Assembly (NCBI GenBank): GCA_041662565.1
Contig: JBAZSE010000001.1
Coordinates: 65,084-129,083 of the forward strand
DNA length: 64,000 bases
Origin: Patescibacteria group bacterium
GTDB taxonomy: Bacteria; Patescibacteriota; Patescibacteriia; UBA1558; UBA10009
Direction of reading: 5' to 3'
This document shows, piece after piece, positions 36,116 through 45,596 of the stretch. The notes below the pieces were generated by a model. The model was not told where the DNA came from. It searched no databases and saw only the letters and a program-made list of their open reading frames with translations. The translations under genes were made by a program, and so were the position numbers. Position 1 is the stretch's first letter. The number at the start of each line of letters is the position of its first letter.

Positions 36116-38008
36116 ATGAATAAACATATGGCACCAAGATTCGGCGAATCGTTTAACCCCGATCAAGGGAGCAGGGTTAATGTTTTAGATCAAGAAGCCA
36201 AAGTTCCGGAATACGTGGAATTTGGCCGCAACATCAGAAGTTTGCTTAAAGGTCAGGATCAAGAAACGGGTGAGATAAAAACCAACTGGCCGGAGTGTCC
36301 TAAAAATTTACATAATCTTGAAGATCTGCTAATAGCCAGTCAGGATGCAGTAACTAGTGAGTGGGAAAAAGTGGTCGCTCCTTTATTACAAGAGAAAGCT
36401 CAGGAGTGGATTGCTAGTATTCCAGATGATGAAGAGCATCAGGATTTAATTAAGTTGTTGGCTAACCCTCAAGAGTTTGATAATAATATTAAAACCCAAC
36501 AGTTAGGGGTGTTAGAAGGTTTAAAACAGTTTTCGCCCGAAGCTTGGCGTTCTTTAGTATTAGTTTCTTCGGAAAGGCAACTAGCTTGTCTATCTTTATT
36601 AAGACACTGGTTAAAAAACGATTTAAGCGAAGATGATTTGCAAAAGATAGGAATGACCAAAGTGGAATTGGAAATTTTATTGGATGCTGGAGGAATTTTG
36701 GGTAAGTATATTGATCATGCTTATGTTAAACAAATAGAATTGGCCGATGAACCAGGAGGAACCTCGGCCACCAAATTAGGACAAAAAAAGGGCGCTGAAT
36801 TTATCTATGATATTTATCGTTCGGCTGACGGCAATGAAGTTGATCATAAGGCATTTTCAACGGTTTTTGCCGGAGAATGGCCAAAAATTGTCGATGGTCT
36901 AAAAATGCTTTCTCATAAAGTTGAAGCCCTGATAACAGAATATAAATTACCAGAAAGTTATAAAAAATTGCCACCTTACCTGGATCACTTAATCAGTATT
37001 TATGCCTCTCAAGAAACTTCGCCTAAAAAGATTTTTGATTTGTGGAATGAGTTAGATTTAAAAATGAATGAACTAGCGGCCAACGGTTGTCCGTTAATGA
37101 TTATTCCAGGGTTTTGCGTGGGGGTGACTAGTGATGCTAATAAGGTGGATGTGGAATTAAGATTGGGTTTCAGGACACCGGAAATTAAAGAACTAGAAGG
37201 TTTAATGGATAACTTTAGAGAGATTGCGCAAAATATTTTAGACGGTCATCAGGATAAATTAGCTAAAGCTTATAAAATACCCAGGATGGTTTTAAACGTC
37301 CAGCCATTTGGCTTTGGTAGCAGCTTGCAACTTTTTACTTTGGCGGAAACGGGCAATAATAGAATGGTTTCCCATGTTAATCTTAATAATCAAATGGCTT
37401 TAAAGGGCCATTGGCCGATTATAGAAAAGGCCTTTTCTATGGATGATCTAAATATGACCCAAGAAGAATATAAAGAGGCGATTAATTTGGAAACTGCTTT
37501 GCATGAAATTGGCCATAATGTTATGCCCACTGAAGATGAGGCAGTTTTAAAAAGAGTAGGCGGTGGAGCTGACGGCACCGTTTTAGAAGAGTTAAAAGCC
37601 GAAGGAGTTGGTATGCTTATTTTTATGAAGAGTTTAGAAGATAAAACTCCAGAGGAAGCGGAAGAGGCAATTAAAAAAGAATTTTTTGTTAAATTAATAA
37701 CCGCCTGTGATTATTTGGCTAATAATTCTTCTGATAAAGGATCGGATGGCGAGAGGTATTATTATTCCGGTTTAGCTATGATTGATCGGCTTTTAGTTAG
37801 TGGCGCGATTACTATGGAAAATGGGCGTTATCATATTATAGATGCCTCTAAAGGAGTGGAAAGTATAGCTAGGTTAGGTCAAGAAATATTGGACAGATTT
37901 TATCTAAGTGAGAATTCTGGTAAAAAAGAGGTTAAAGATTATATAGGTTCTTTAAGGAAGAAAAAAAATGCACCTGAAATTCAAGCTTTCAAAACGGGTC
38001 TTAAATGA
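36116..38008 (+). CDS. Zinc metallopeptidase, M49/DPP III-like
   Basis: HEIGH followed by LEELKAE, similar to the HExxH...EExKAD pattern of bacterial DPP III. Confidence 0.6.
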   Translation: MNKHMAPRFGESFNPDQGSRVNVLDQEAKVPEYVEFGRNIRSLLKGQDQETGEIKTNWPECPKNLHNLEDLLIASQDAVTSEWEKVVAPLLQEKAQEWIASIPDDEEHQDLIKLLANPQEFDNNIKTQQLGVLEGLKQFSPEAWRSLVLVSSERQLACLSLLRHWLKNDLSEDDLQKIGMTKVELEILLDAGGILGKYIDHAYVKQIELADEPGGTSATKLGQKKGAEFIYDIYRSADGNEVDHKAFSTVFAGEWPKIVDGLKMLSHKVEALITEYKLPESYKKLPPYLDHLISIYASQETSPKKIFDLWNELDLKMNELAANGCPLMIIPGFCVGVTSDANKVDVELRLGFRTPEIKELEGLMDNFREIAQNILDGHQDKLAKAYKIPRMVLNVQPFGFGSSLQLFTLAETGNNRMVSHVNLNNQMALKGHWPIIEKAFSMDDLNMTQEEYKEAINLETALHEIGHNVMPTEDEAVLKRVGGGADGTVLEELKAEGVGMLIFMKSLEDKTPEEAEEAIKKEFFVKLITACDYLANNSSDKGSDGERYYYSGLAMIDRLLVSGAITMENGRYHIIDASKGVESIARLGQEILDRFYLSENSGKKEVKDYIGSLRKKKNAPEIQAFKTGLK

Positions 38009-38039
38009 TGAGGCAAAATAAAAAATAGTAATAAATAGC

Positions 38040-39341
38040 ATGAAAAAAATTAAATTTTTATTTGTTTCGGCCGATAATTTAATAGGCAATATTGCTTGGC
38101 ATGTTTATCAAGAAGGCCATTTGGTTAAATATTGCAATGATCATAAAGGTGAAGAAGATTTATTGGACGGTTTTTTGCCAAAAGTAAAAAATTGGCGCAA
38201 ATATATTGATTGGGCCGATGTTATTGTTTTTGATGAAGTTTTTGGTTATGGGAAAATCGCCGAAAAATTAAGAGCCCAGGGCAAGCTTGTTTTAGGCGGC
38301 ACCGCTTACACCGATAGCTTGGAGGAAGATCGTTCCTTTGGCCAGCAGGAACTTAAAAAAGCCGGTGTGCCTATTTTGCCATATTATGAATTTAATAGTT
38401 GTTCTTCCGCCAATCGTTATTTAAAAAAACACCCTGGTCAATATGTGGTTAAGGTTTGCGGCAAGATGCAGAATGATAAAAATCTGGTTTATGTTGGCCA
38501 GTTAACGGATGGTTCGGATGTTAGACAAATGCTGGAATTGTATCAAGAAAGGCACGGCAAAAAAATAACCAGTTTGATTTTGCAAAAAAAGGTAAATGGC
38601 GTAGAAATAGCCCTCGGCGCTTTTTTTAACGGGCAAAAATTTGTTTATCCCATTAACCTTAATTTTGAACATAAAAAATTATTCCCCGGCGACCTTGGCC
38701 CCAACACCGGTGAAATAGGTACTCATATGTTTTGGGCCGAGCCGAACGTTGTTTTTGATAGGACTTTAAAAAAAATGGAAGGTAGATTGCGCGAAGTTGG
38801 TTATCATGGTTGCATTGATTTGGCCTGCATTGTTAATGGCCAGGGCATTTATCCTTTGGAATTTACCGCCCGTTTTTGTTTTCCAACCATAAATATCCAG
38901 TATGAAGGACTAAAGATGCCGGTTAGCGATTTTTTATATAAACTGGCTTTGGGCGAGGATTTTAAAATTAAAACCAAAAAAGGTTTTCAAGTCGGTATTA
39001 GGGTTTTAGTGCCCCCTAACCCTTATCGCAATCAGGAAATTTTTAATGCTTATGCAAAAGGCGTTAGGGTAATGTTTAAAGATCCTAAAAAAATGACCGG
39101 TGTTCACTTGGAAGACGTTAAAAAAATTAAAGGTAAATGGGTTATTACAGGTAGCTGTGGCAATGTTTTAATAATTGTTGGAACGGGCAAAACCATGCCA
39201 GCAGCGCAAAAGCAAGTTTATCAGAGGGTAAAAAATGTTATTATCCCCAATATGTATTACCGTAATGATGTTGGTGATCGTTGGTACAAAGAAAAAGATA
39301 AATTAGCCAAATGGGGCTATCTAAAAACAGTAAAATATTAG
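38040..39341 (+). CDS. PurD-like (GAR synthetase family) ATP-grasp ligase
   Basis: LEEDRSFG, FEHKKL, GPNTGEIG, LEFTARF, YYRNDVG; no other pur genes in the window. Confidence 0.8.
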   Translation: MKKIKFLFVSADNLIGNIAWHVYQEGHLVKYCNDHKGEEDLLDGFLPKVKNWRKYIDWADVIVFDEVFGYGKIAEKLRAQGKLVLGGTAYTDSLEEDRSFGQQELKKAGVPILPYYEFNSCSSANRYLKKHPGQYVVKVCGKMQNDKNLVYVGQLTDGSDVRQMLELYQERHGKKITSLILQKKVNGVEIALGAFFNGQKFVYPINLNFEHKKLFPGDLGPNTGEIGTHMFWAEPNVVFDRTLKKMEGRLREVGYHGCIDLACIVNGQGIYPLEFTARFCFPTINIQYEGLKMPVSDFLYKLALGEDFKIKTKKGFQVGIRVLVPPNPYRNQEIFNAYAKGVRVMFKDPKKMTGVHLEDVKKIKGKWVITGSCGNVLIIVGTGKTMPAAQKQVYQRVKNVIIPNMYYRNDVGDRWYKEKDKLAKWGYLKTVKY

Positions 39342-39343
39342 CC

Positions 39344-40714
39344 ATGAAAAAAAAGTTGGATTTTTCTTACCGTTTATCGGCAAGTGGCTTTAAAGTTAAT
39401 GTATTTAAGGGCGTTGATTTTGCCGTTCATTTTCCCGGGCGTATTTTTTCTCAGTTGCCACAAGCGACCAAATATTTTTTGGTTGATAATTTTATCTATT
39501 CCCGAACCCGCGCTTTAAATTTACTGGATTGGCAGTTGTCGTACCAGTTTGGGCGCCCGGCTTGGCAAAATTTTATTGATTTTGGCTTAAAAAAAATTAT
39601 TCCTTGTTTGGGCGAAATCAATAATTTTAATATAGATAAAATTTTAAAAAAATTTCCATTGGCCGAATCGGCAAAAAATTTGGTTTTTAATGGTAATCAG
39701 AGTGTTGCTCGGCTGGCTGGTTTTAAAAGTTTAAAAGATCGGGCGGTTTTGGCTTTATCTTTTGGCAAAGATAGCATTTTGTCTTATGGCTTAGCTAAAG
39801 AGCTGGGCTTAAATTTATTATTGGCTACGGCTAACGAAATGGAAAATTCTTCCGGCAATGAGTGGAAAATAAAAAGCCGGATTATTAAGGATTTTGAATC
39901 GGAACAGGGCGAACAGGTTTATCTTTTTAGCGATAATGTGGATGAACTTTATTATCATCCTAAAATAAATTGCCATTTGTCCGAAGTTAATAATACCAAC
40001 AGTTTATTGGCTTATGCTTTGGAGTTTTTGCCCTTTGTTTACCAACACCGCTCCGCTTATCTGATTTTTGGCAATGAACAAAATTTAAACGACTATTTTG
40101 TTAATCAGCAGGGCTTTAAGTTTTATCCTTCGTTTGATCAGTCCTCCGAATACACCGCCAAGGAAAACTCCTTGTGGTCTAAAGCGTCAAAGGGTAAATT
40201 CAAAGTTATTAGTTTAGTGGAACCATTATATAATTTGGGAGAGTTTAGGGTTTTATATCATCGTTATCCGCATTTGTTAAAATACGTTATGTCTTGCGAG
40301 CCGGATAAGGGTTCTGCCGAACGATGGTGTTATCATTGCCCGATGTGTGCCAAGGCCTTTTTATACAGTTCGGCCGTTGGCGGCGATCCCAAACGCATTG
40401 CTTTTAATAAAGATTTTTTTGCCAAAAAATACAGCGAGCATTATCCTTTATTCGCCAAAAAAAAGTTAAGGCATTATGAGCGCCCGCCACAAGTTAGAGA
40501 AGAGCAGTTGCTCTCGTTTTTACTCTGTTACCAACAGGGATTAAAAGGAGATTTAATCGATTTATTTAAAAAGCATTACTTAGCCGAAGCCATAACCAAA
40601 GAAAAATCCTTAAGAAAAGTTTATTTAGGTGTTCATCCGGCAATTAATTTGCCCGGCGGTTTAAAAACAAAAATTATTAAAATTTTTAAAGAAGAATTAA
40701 AAGGTTTGAATTAA
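39344..40714 (+). CDS. PP-loop adenylating enzyme, MurL-like peptide epimerase candidate
   Basis: SFGKDS PP-loop, NE motif, MSC...WCxxCxxC cluster. Confidence 0.6.
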   Translation: MKKKLDFSYRLSASGFKVNVFKGVDFAVHFPGRIFSQLPQATKYFLVDNFIYSRTRALNLLDWQLSYQFGRPAWQNFIDFGLKKIIPCLGEINNFNIDKILKKFPLAESAKNLVFNGNQSVARLAGFKSLKDRAVLALSFGKDSILSYGLAKELGLNLLLATANEMENSSGNEWKIKSRIIKDFESEQGEQVYLFSDNVDELYYHPKINCHLSEVNNTNSLLAYALEFLPFVYQHRSAYLIFGNEQNLNDYFVNQQGFKFYPSFDQSSEYTAKENSLWSKASKGKFKVISLVEPLYNLGEFRVLYHRYPHLLKYVMSCEPDKGSAERWCYHCPMCAKAFLYSSAVGGDPKRIAFNKDFFAKKYSEHYPLFAKKKLRHYERPPQVREEQLLSFLLCYQQGLKGDLIDLFKKHYLAEAITKEKSLRKVYLGVHPAINLPGGLKTKIIKIFKEELKGLN

Positions 40715-40720
40715 CTTTCT

Positions 40721-42061
40721 ATGCCCAAGCAGGAAAAAGAAAAAACAGCTATTTTAATCAACAGTCCGGAAGTTTTGTTTTTATCCCATAAGGATTTGGC
40801 AAATATTTACGTGGTGGTTTTTAAAAATAGCCCATTGGCGCATTTGGCAAAGAAAAATTTTTCTGCCAGCCGTTTGATTTATATCAAGCAAAAAAGCCAG
40901 TCAGAAATAAATGAAGCCCCTTCGGTGGAATTTGGCGATTTGATTTCCAAAACCGATTTAACAGTTAAGCTATTAAAATATCAAATAAAGAATTTTTTAA
41001 TTCCTTATCGCAGTTCTAAAAAAATTGAACTTTGGGCCAAAAAATACAATTTTTGCTTGTTAGTTACTCCCTTGGCAACTCAGGATAAATTGGAAGATAA
41101 AAAATATTTTGATAATTTTTTAAAAAAGAACCAAATAACCTCGCCTTGTACACTAAGCTTAAAAGATTTTAAAAAATTAGCGGCCAATAACTTGCCTTAT
41201 GTTGTCCAAGAGGCAAAGTTATCGGATTATTTTAGGACAAAGTTTTATTTAACCGGCCGACAGTTATTTGTCGATTGGCAAAAAAACAAACTTAAATTGG
41301 ATAAAGTTGTGGCGCGCGAGTATTTGGAGGGTTTACCGGTTGGAGTAAGTATTTTTTTGGATCAAACGGGCAATTATTTTTTTTCCGCCTTAAGAACTCA
41401 ATGTTTTTATTATGGCCGGAACGGTTTTCCTAAAAGCTTTATGGGTTTGCAGTGGTTGCCTAGAAAGTTTTTTAACCCAAAAACTCTTTTGAACATAAAC
41501 TTTCAACTTAAAAAATTAACTCAGGCCTTAATTAAAGAAAAATTCTTTGGAGTGGCAAACGTCGATTTTATTATAAAAAATAATCGGGCATTTATTTTAG
41601 AATGCAACCCCAGATTGTCCGTGGCTACGCCGCAGGTTTTTTCCAGTTTTAAACTAGCTTCTTATTCCAAGTCGTGGTTATTTTTTCTTAATACTTTTAC
41701 CTATAAGCTTAATGCCAACATTTGCCGGCCATGTTTGCCCCAATCAAGTTTTAGCGGAGCGGTTTTGGCCTTGGAAGCGGAAAAACCCTTGCGACTTGTT
41801 AAAATTCCCCCTGTCGGCACTTATCAAATAAAAGAAAATAAGGTAAAATTTATCAGCCATAAGATAGTTGATTTAAGGCAATCGGGCGCATTTTTTTTAT
41901 ATCACGAACTTTTTTTAGGCCAGAGTTTAAAGAAGGGCTATGATTTATGCAAAGTTTTTAGCAACCTTCCTTTATTTGATTTTAAAACAGGGATGTTAAA
42001 TAAAAACGGTCGAACCATTTTTGATTATTTTAATGATTATTTTTATGCCCACAAAAATTAG
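40721..42061 (+). CDS. ATP-grasp domain protein
   Basis: LEDKKYF, REYLEG, NVDFII...ILECNPRLS. Confidence 0.8.
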   Translation: MPKQEKEKTAILINSPEVLFLSHKDLANIYVVVFKNSPLAHLAKKNFSASRLIYIKQKSQSEINEAPSVEFGDLISKTDLTVKLLKYQIKNFLIPYRSSKKIELWAKKYNFCLLVTPLATQDKLEDKKYFDNFLKKNQITSPCTLSLKDFKKLAANNLPYVVQEAKLSDYFRTKFYLTGRQLFVDWQKNKLKLDKVVAREYLEGLPVGVSIFLDQTGNYFFSALRTQCFYYGRNGFPKSFMGLQWLPRKFFNPKTLLNINFQLKKLTQALIKEKFFGVANVDFIIKNNRAFILECNPRLSVATPQVFSSFKLASYSKSWLFFLNTFTYKLNANICRPCLPQSSFSGAVLALEAEKPLRLVKIPPVGTYQIKENKVKFISHKIVDLRQSGAFFLYHELFLGQSLKKGYDLCKVFSNLPLFDFKTGMLNKNGRTIFDYFNDYFYAHKN

Positions 42062-43400
42062 GGAATTTTTAACTAGCAAACAAGAGTTGTTGCAATGGCA
42101 AACCAAAATTAATCGGGCATTATCTACCAAAGCCAGCGTCTATCTTGGCAATTTAACTCCTGTCGTAGCCAAATTTTATTCGGCCAAAAAGGCATCTCTT
42201 TTGGCGTTAGCAAAAAGATATCCCACACCTTTTTACGCTTTTGATAAAATCGAGTTAACAACCAGCGCGGCAGATTTTAAACGCGCCTTTGCCAAGTATT
42301 TGCCAAATTGTTCCTATTTTTATGCAGTCAAAACCAATTGGCATCCCAGTATTTTAAAAACCGTAGTGGATTGCGGTTTTGGCTTGGATGTTTCCAGCGG
42401 CCGGGAATTATCTCTTGGTTTAAAAGCCAAAGCTAAAAAAATGGTTTTTTCCGGTCCCGGTAAAACAACCGCAGATTTGTTATTGGCTTTAAAACATCGC
42501 CATAAAGTTATCGTGCATTTGGATAGTTTTGGCGAGTTGGAGCGTTTGGGTAAATTGTCTTCTTTAAAAAAGCAAACTATTGTGGCTGGAGTAAGAATTT
42601 ACACTCGTTTTCATGGCAGTTGGAGTAAGTTTGGTATTAAGCTTAATGATCTAAGCTATTTTTGGAAGGAAGCGAAAAAATATCCATATCTTAAGTTATC
42701 AGGAATCCAATTCCACATCAGTTGGAATAAAGACGCCAGCACCTATGAAAATGTTATTAAAGAATTGGCCGGTTATTTGAAAAAGAATTTTTCTACTTCC
42801 GATTTATCAGACATAAAATTTATTGATTTTGGCGGCGGTTTTTTGCCTTATCGTTTAACCGGCGATTATCCTTGGGGAACGGCGCAGGGCGATCTTATTA
42901 AAAAAGCAGCCGATCATTTTGATGGCGAACCTAAATTTAATCGGGGCTATTATTTAACCGAATCCGTTACCTTGCCCGAGTACGCTCGGGGCATTGCCCA
43001 AGCCATTAACCGATATCTACGGCCGTTGATTAATTGCCGTTATTTTACCGAGCCGGGTAGGATTATCTGTAATAACTCCATGCATTTGGTAACTCGAGTA
43101 GTAGATATTAAAGATAGCAATAAGATAATCATGGATTCCGGAGTTAACGCGGTTGGCTGGGAGGGCTTAAGGTATGATTATACGCCGGTAATTAATTTAA
43201 GTTCTTTTGCCAAAAAGGAAATTCCCTGTTATGTTTTTGGTAGTTTGTGCATGGCCGATGATGTTTGGAGTTATTCCATGTACGCCTCAAAAATCAATTC
43301 GGGCGATGTTACGGTTATTCCTAATTTTGGCGCCTATACTTTTGCTTTGTCACAAGAATTTATTAAGGGCGTGCCCAAAGTTTATCCGCTTAAAAATTAA
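42045..43400 (+). CDS. PLP-dependent fold-III (LysA/ODC-like) decarboxylase
   Basis: YAVKTN, DVSSGRE, SKFG, DFGGG, EPGR, GSLCMADD, GAY. Confidence 0.88.
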   Translation: MPTKIREFLTSKQELLQWQTKINRALSTKASVYLGNLTPVVAKFYSAKKASLLALAKRYPTPFYAFDKIELTTSAADFKRAFAKYLPNCSYFYAVKTNWHPSILKTVVDCGFGLDVSSGRELSLGLKAKAKKMVFSGPGKTTADLLLALKHRHKVIVHLDSFGELERLGKLSSLKKQTIVAGVRIYTRFHGSWSKFGIKLNDLSYFWKEAKKYPYLKLSGIQFHISWNKDASTYENVIKELAGYLKKNFSTSDLSDIKFIDFGGGFLPYRLTGDYPWGTAQGDLIKKAADHFDGEPKFNRGYYLTESVTLPEYARGIAQAINRYLRPLINCRYFTEPGRIICNNSMHLVTRVVDIKDSNKIIMDSGVNAVGWEGLRYDYTPVINLSSFAKKEIPCYVFGSLCMADDVWSYSMYASKINSGDVTVIPNFGAYTFALSQEFIKGVPKVYPLKN

Positions 43401-43411
43401 AATCGAAAAAT

Positions 43412-43906
43412 ATGATCGAGAATGAGTATTTTACAGTTAAACAATCGGCTATTCATCATACCGGAGCTTTTGCCAAACAAGCTATTCCTGCCGGCACTAA
43501 AGTTATTGAATATATCGGCGAAAAAATTTCTAAATCGGAAAGCGAAAAAAGATCGGATTTGTCATTAGAAAAATCACGAACTAATCCGGGGGAGTATGGA
43601 GGTATTTATATTTTTGAATTAAATGATGAATTTGATTTGGATGGCGATATTCCAGAAAATTTAGCCAGGCACATTAATCATTCTTGTGAACCTAATTGTT
43701 TTTACCAATATATCGACGGGCATATTTGGATAGTGGCAAAAAGAGATATTAAGGAAGATGAAGAATTGACTTTTAATTACGGCTTTGATTTTGATCTTGA
43801 AGATTATTTTTTATATCCTTGCAAATGCGGTTCTGCCAAATGCGTCGGTTATATACTTAAAGAAGAGGATTGGCCTAAAATTCCCAACCATCAAAAAAAT
43901 TCCTAG
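43412..43906 (+). CDS. SET-domain methyltransferase with post-SET
   Basis: RHINHSCEPN, EELTFNY, CKCGSAKC. Confidence 0.95.
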   Translation: MIENEYFTVKQSAIHHTGAFAKQAIPAGTKVIEYIGEKISKSESEKRSDLSLEKSRTNPGEYGGIYIFELNDEFDLDGDIPENLARHINHSCEPNCFYQYIDGHIWIVAKRDIKEDEELTFNYGFDFDLEDYFLYPCKCGSAKCVGYILKEEDWPKIPNHQKNS

Positions 43907-43909
43907 CCA

Positions 43910-43938
43910 TTGACATAAAAAATTTACCATGCTATCAT
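43910..43938 (+). promoter_or_regulatory. Strong sigma70 promoter for the acidic peptide
   Basis: TTGACA-17 bp-TATCAT with TG extension. Confidence 0.7.
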
Positions 43939-44010
43939 ACTTTACATTATTAATAATGCTTGCCAAGGCCTGAAAAGTGTCCAAGGATAAGCAGAGAAAG
44001 CCATTATAAT

Positions 44011-44127
44011 ATGTCAGACGACATGCAAAATGACGATGTAACCGAAGAAGAGGAAGAAGAAATGGATGATGAAGAAGAAACTGAAGATGATGATGAAGAA
44101 GAGGAAGAAGACGAAGACGAAAACTAA
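44011..44127 (+). CDS. 38-aa hyperacidic peptide (not in the ORF track)
   Basis: MSDDMQNDDVTEEEEEEMDDEEETEDDDEEEEEDEDEN*; own promoter and terminator; mixed synonymous codons. Confidence 0.7.
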   Translation: MSDDMQNDDVTEEEEEEMDDEEETEDDDEEEEEDEDEN

Positions 44128-44131
44128 ATTC

Positions 44132-44164
44132 AAAAAATCCCCCTAATTTTAGGGGGATTTTTTT
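44132..44164. terminator. Bidirectional terminator
   Basis: aaaaaatccccctaa-t-ttagggggatttttt-type inverted repeat. Confidence 0.8.
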
Positions 44165-44179
44165 ATTTGTAGCAATAGT

Positions 44180-44350
44180 TTAAAACTGCCTTCTGGGGCC
44201 TTCTTGCTTTCTGGCCTTGTGGCAATCTCTGCAGTATAAAGGCCTATCGCCATCCGGTTCAAATGGCAACTCGGTAATAGCGGCTTGGCACTGCGAGCAC
44301 GACCAATTGCCCTGGACTTTTGGCCTTGGGGCAAAATTGTCTTGGTTCAT
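44180..44350 (-). CDS. CxxC-x17/18-CxxC zinc-binding small protein (56 aa, not in the ORF track)
   Basis: MNQDNFAPRPKVQGNWSCSQCQAAITELPFEPDGDRPLYCRDCHKARKQEGPRRQF*. Confidence 0.85.
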   Translation of the reverse strand: MNQDNFAPRPKVQGNWSCSQCQAAITELPFEPDGDRPLYCRDCHKARKQEGPRRQF

Positions 44351-44552
44351 GGAAGTAACTTCCCTGATTTTGCTTTCAAGTTTATTTAAACGTGGAATTT
44401 ATCGCTAAATTTGGTTTAAATGAGCTTTTGGCAAATATTTAATGATTAATAATATTATTATAGCAAATCATAGGCATTTTGTCAAGCCCTTTTTTGTTAT
44501 ATCTGTGCTATAATTAAATTATAAAAATATTAATTATTAATTTGAAAAAATT

Positions 44553-44750
44553 ATGTTTTTCCCTATTTTAGTTATTGTTTTAGGCCTGGTTTGGTTGTTT
44601 AACAACCTGGGTATTATTTCGGCCGATGTTTGGTCGGTTATTTTGCCGGTGGCCCTTATTTTAGCCGGCATTTCCATGCTTAATAAAAAGAAGTGCTCTT
44701 GGTGCAGTTGGAACTGGCAGGGGCATAATCACGATAACGACCAGAAATAA
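44553..44750 (+). CDS. Small two-TM protein (DUF5668/LiaF-TM-like)
   Basis: LGLVWLFNNLG...W..ILPVALILAG. Confidence 0.7.
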   Translation: MFFPILVIVLGLVWLFNNLGIISADVWSVILPVALILAGISMLNKKKCSWCSWNWQGHNHDNDQK

Positions 44751-44828
44751 TTGTTAAAAGGCCCGCCTAATCAGTGGGCCTTTTTTAGTTGCAAGAAATA
44801 GCAGTTATGTTATGATAATTCTGTTTTT

Positions 44829-45590
44829 ATGAAGATAAAATTCATCCAATTAAACATGTGGGGTAATGGCCCAATTTTTAACAAAGCCCTTAATTTTTTA
44901 GTTATAAAACGACCGGATATTGCCTGTTTGCAGGAAGTTTTTGACGGCCATAATTTAAAAATCAATCCCAGCTACCGGGCCTTGGATCTTTTGCGAAAAA
45001 AGCTTGGTTTAAAATATTTTTATTTTTCTCCGGCGGCCGATTTAGTTGTGCCGGACGGCAAATTTTTGCATGGCAATGTTATATTTTCCCGCTGGCCAAT
45101 TGTGCGGGCGGAAACAACTTTTTATGATAAGCTTTTTGACGCGAATTTTTTAAGCGCTAAGGGAAAGTTTGATTTTTACCCTCGTAATTTGCAGCGAGCA
45201 GTAATTTACATAAATAAAAAGAAGGAATTAAATATATTTAACACCCACGGCATTTATGGTTTGCATGGCCAGGATCATGCTCGCAGATTGCACCTTAGCC
45301 AAGTAATTAATGAGCAAGTTAAGGGTAAGAAAAAAGTTATTTTATCGGGCGATTTTAACGTTAATGAGGGCACCAAATCAATTGCCAATTTGGAAAAGCA
45401 TTTGATTAATGTTTTTAAAGATGAAAGAAAAAGCTCATTTAACATGCGCAGAAAGCCGGTCGTTTCCGGTTACGCTACTGCCGTGGTGGATTTTGTTTTT
45501 GCCACCCCGGACGTTAAAGTTATTAAGCACAGTATGCCCGATGTTGATGTTTCGGACCACTATCCTTTAGTTTGCACTTTTGAAGTTTAG
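44829..45590 (+). CDS. Endonuclease/exonuclease/phosphatase family protein
   Basis: DIACLQEV, NTH, GDFN, VDFVF, SDHYP. Confidence 0.92.
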   Translation: MKIKFIQLNMWGNGPIFNKALNFLVIKRPDIACLQEVFDGHNLKINPSYRALDLLRKKLGLKYFYFSPAADLVVPDGKFLHGNVIFSRWPIVRAETTFYDKLFDANFLSAKGKFDFYPRNLQRAVIYINKKKELNIFNTHGIYGLHGQDHARRLHLSQVINEQVKGKKKVILSGDFNVNEGTKSIANLEKHLINVFKDERKSSFNMRRKPVVSGYATAVVDFVFATPDVKVIKHSMPDVDVSDHYPLVCTFEV

Positions 45591-45596
45591 GAAATT

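Noticed and set aside
42045-43400. Assigning the symbol lysA (and purD or ddl to neighbouring genes)
   Set aside because: The families are clear but the substrates are not; the cluster context argues against assuming housekeeping roles.
44149-44408. ORFs 44149..44334 and 44217..44408
   Set aside because: Alternative frames over the CxxC gene at 44180..44350.
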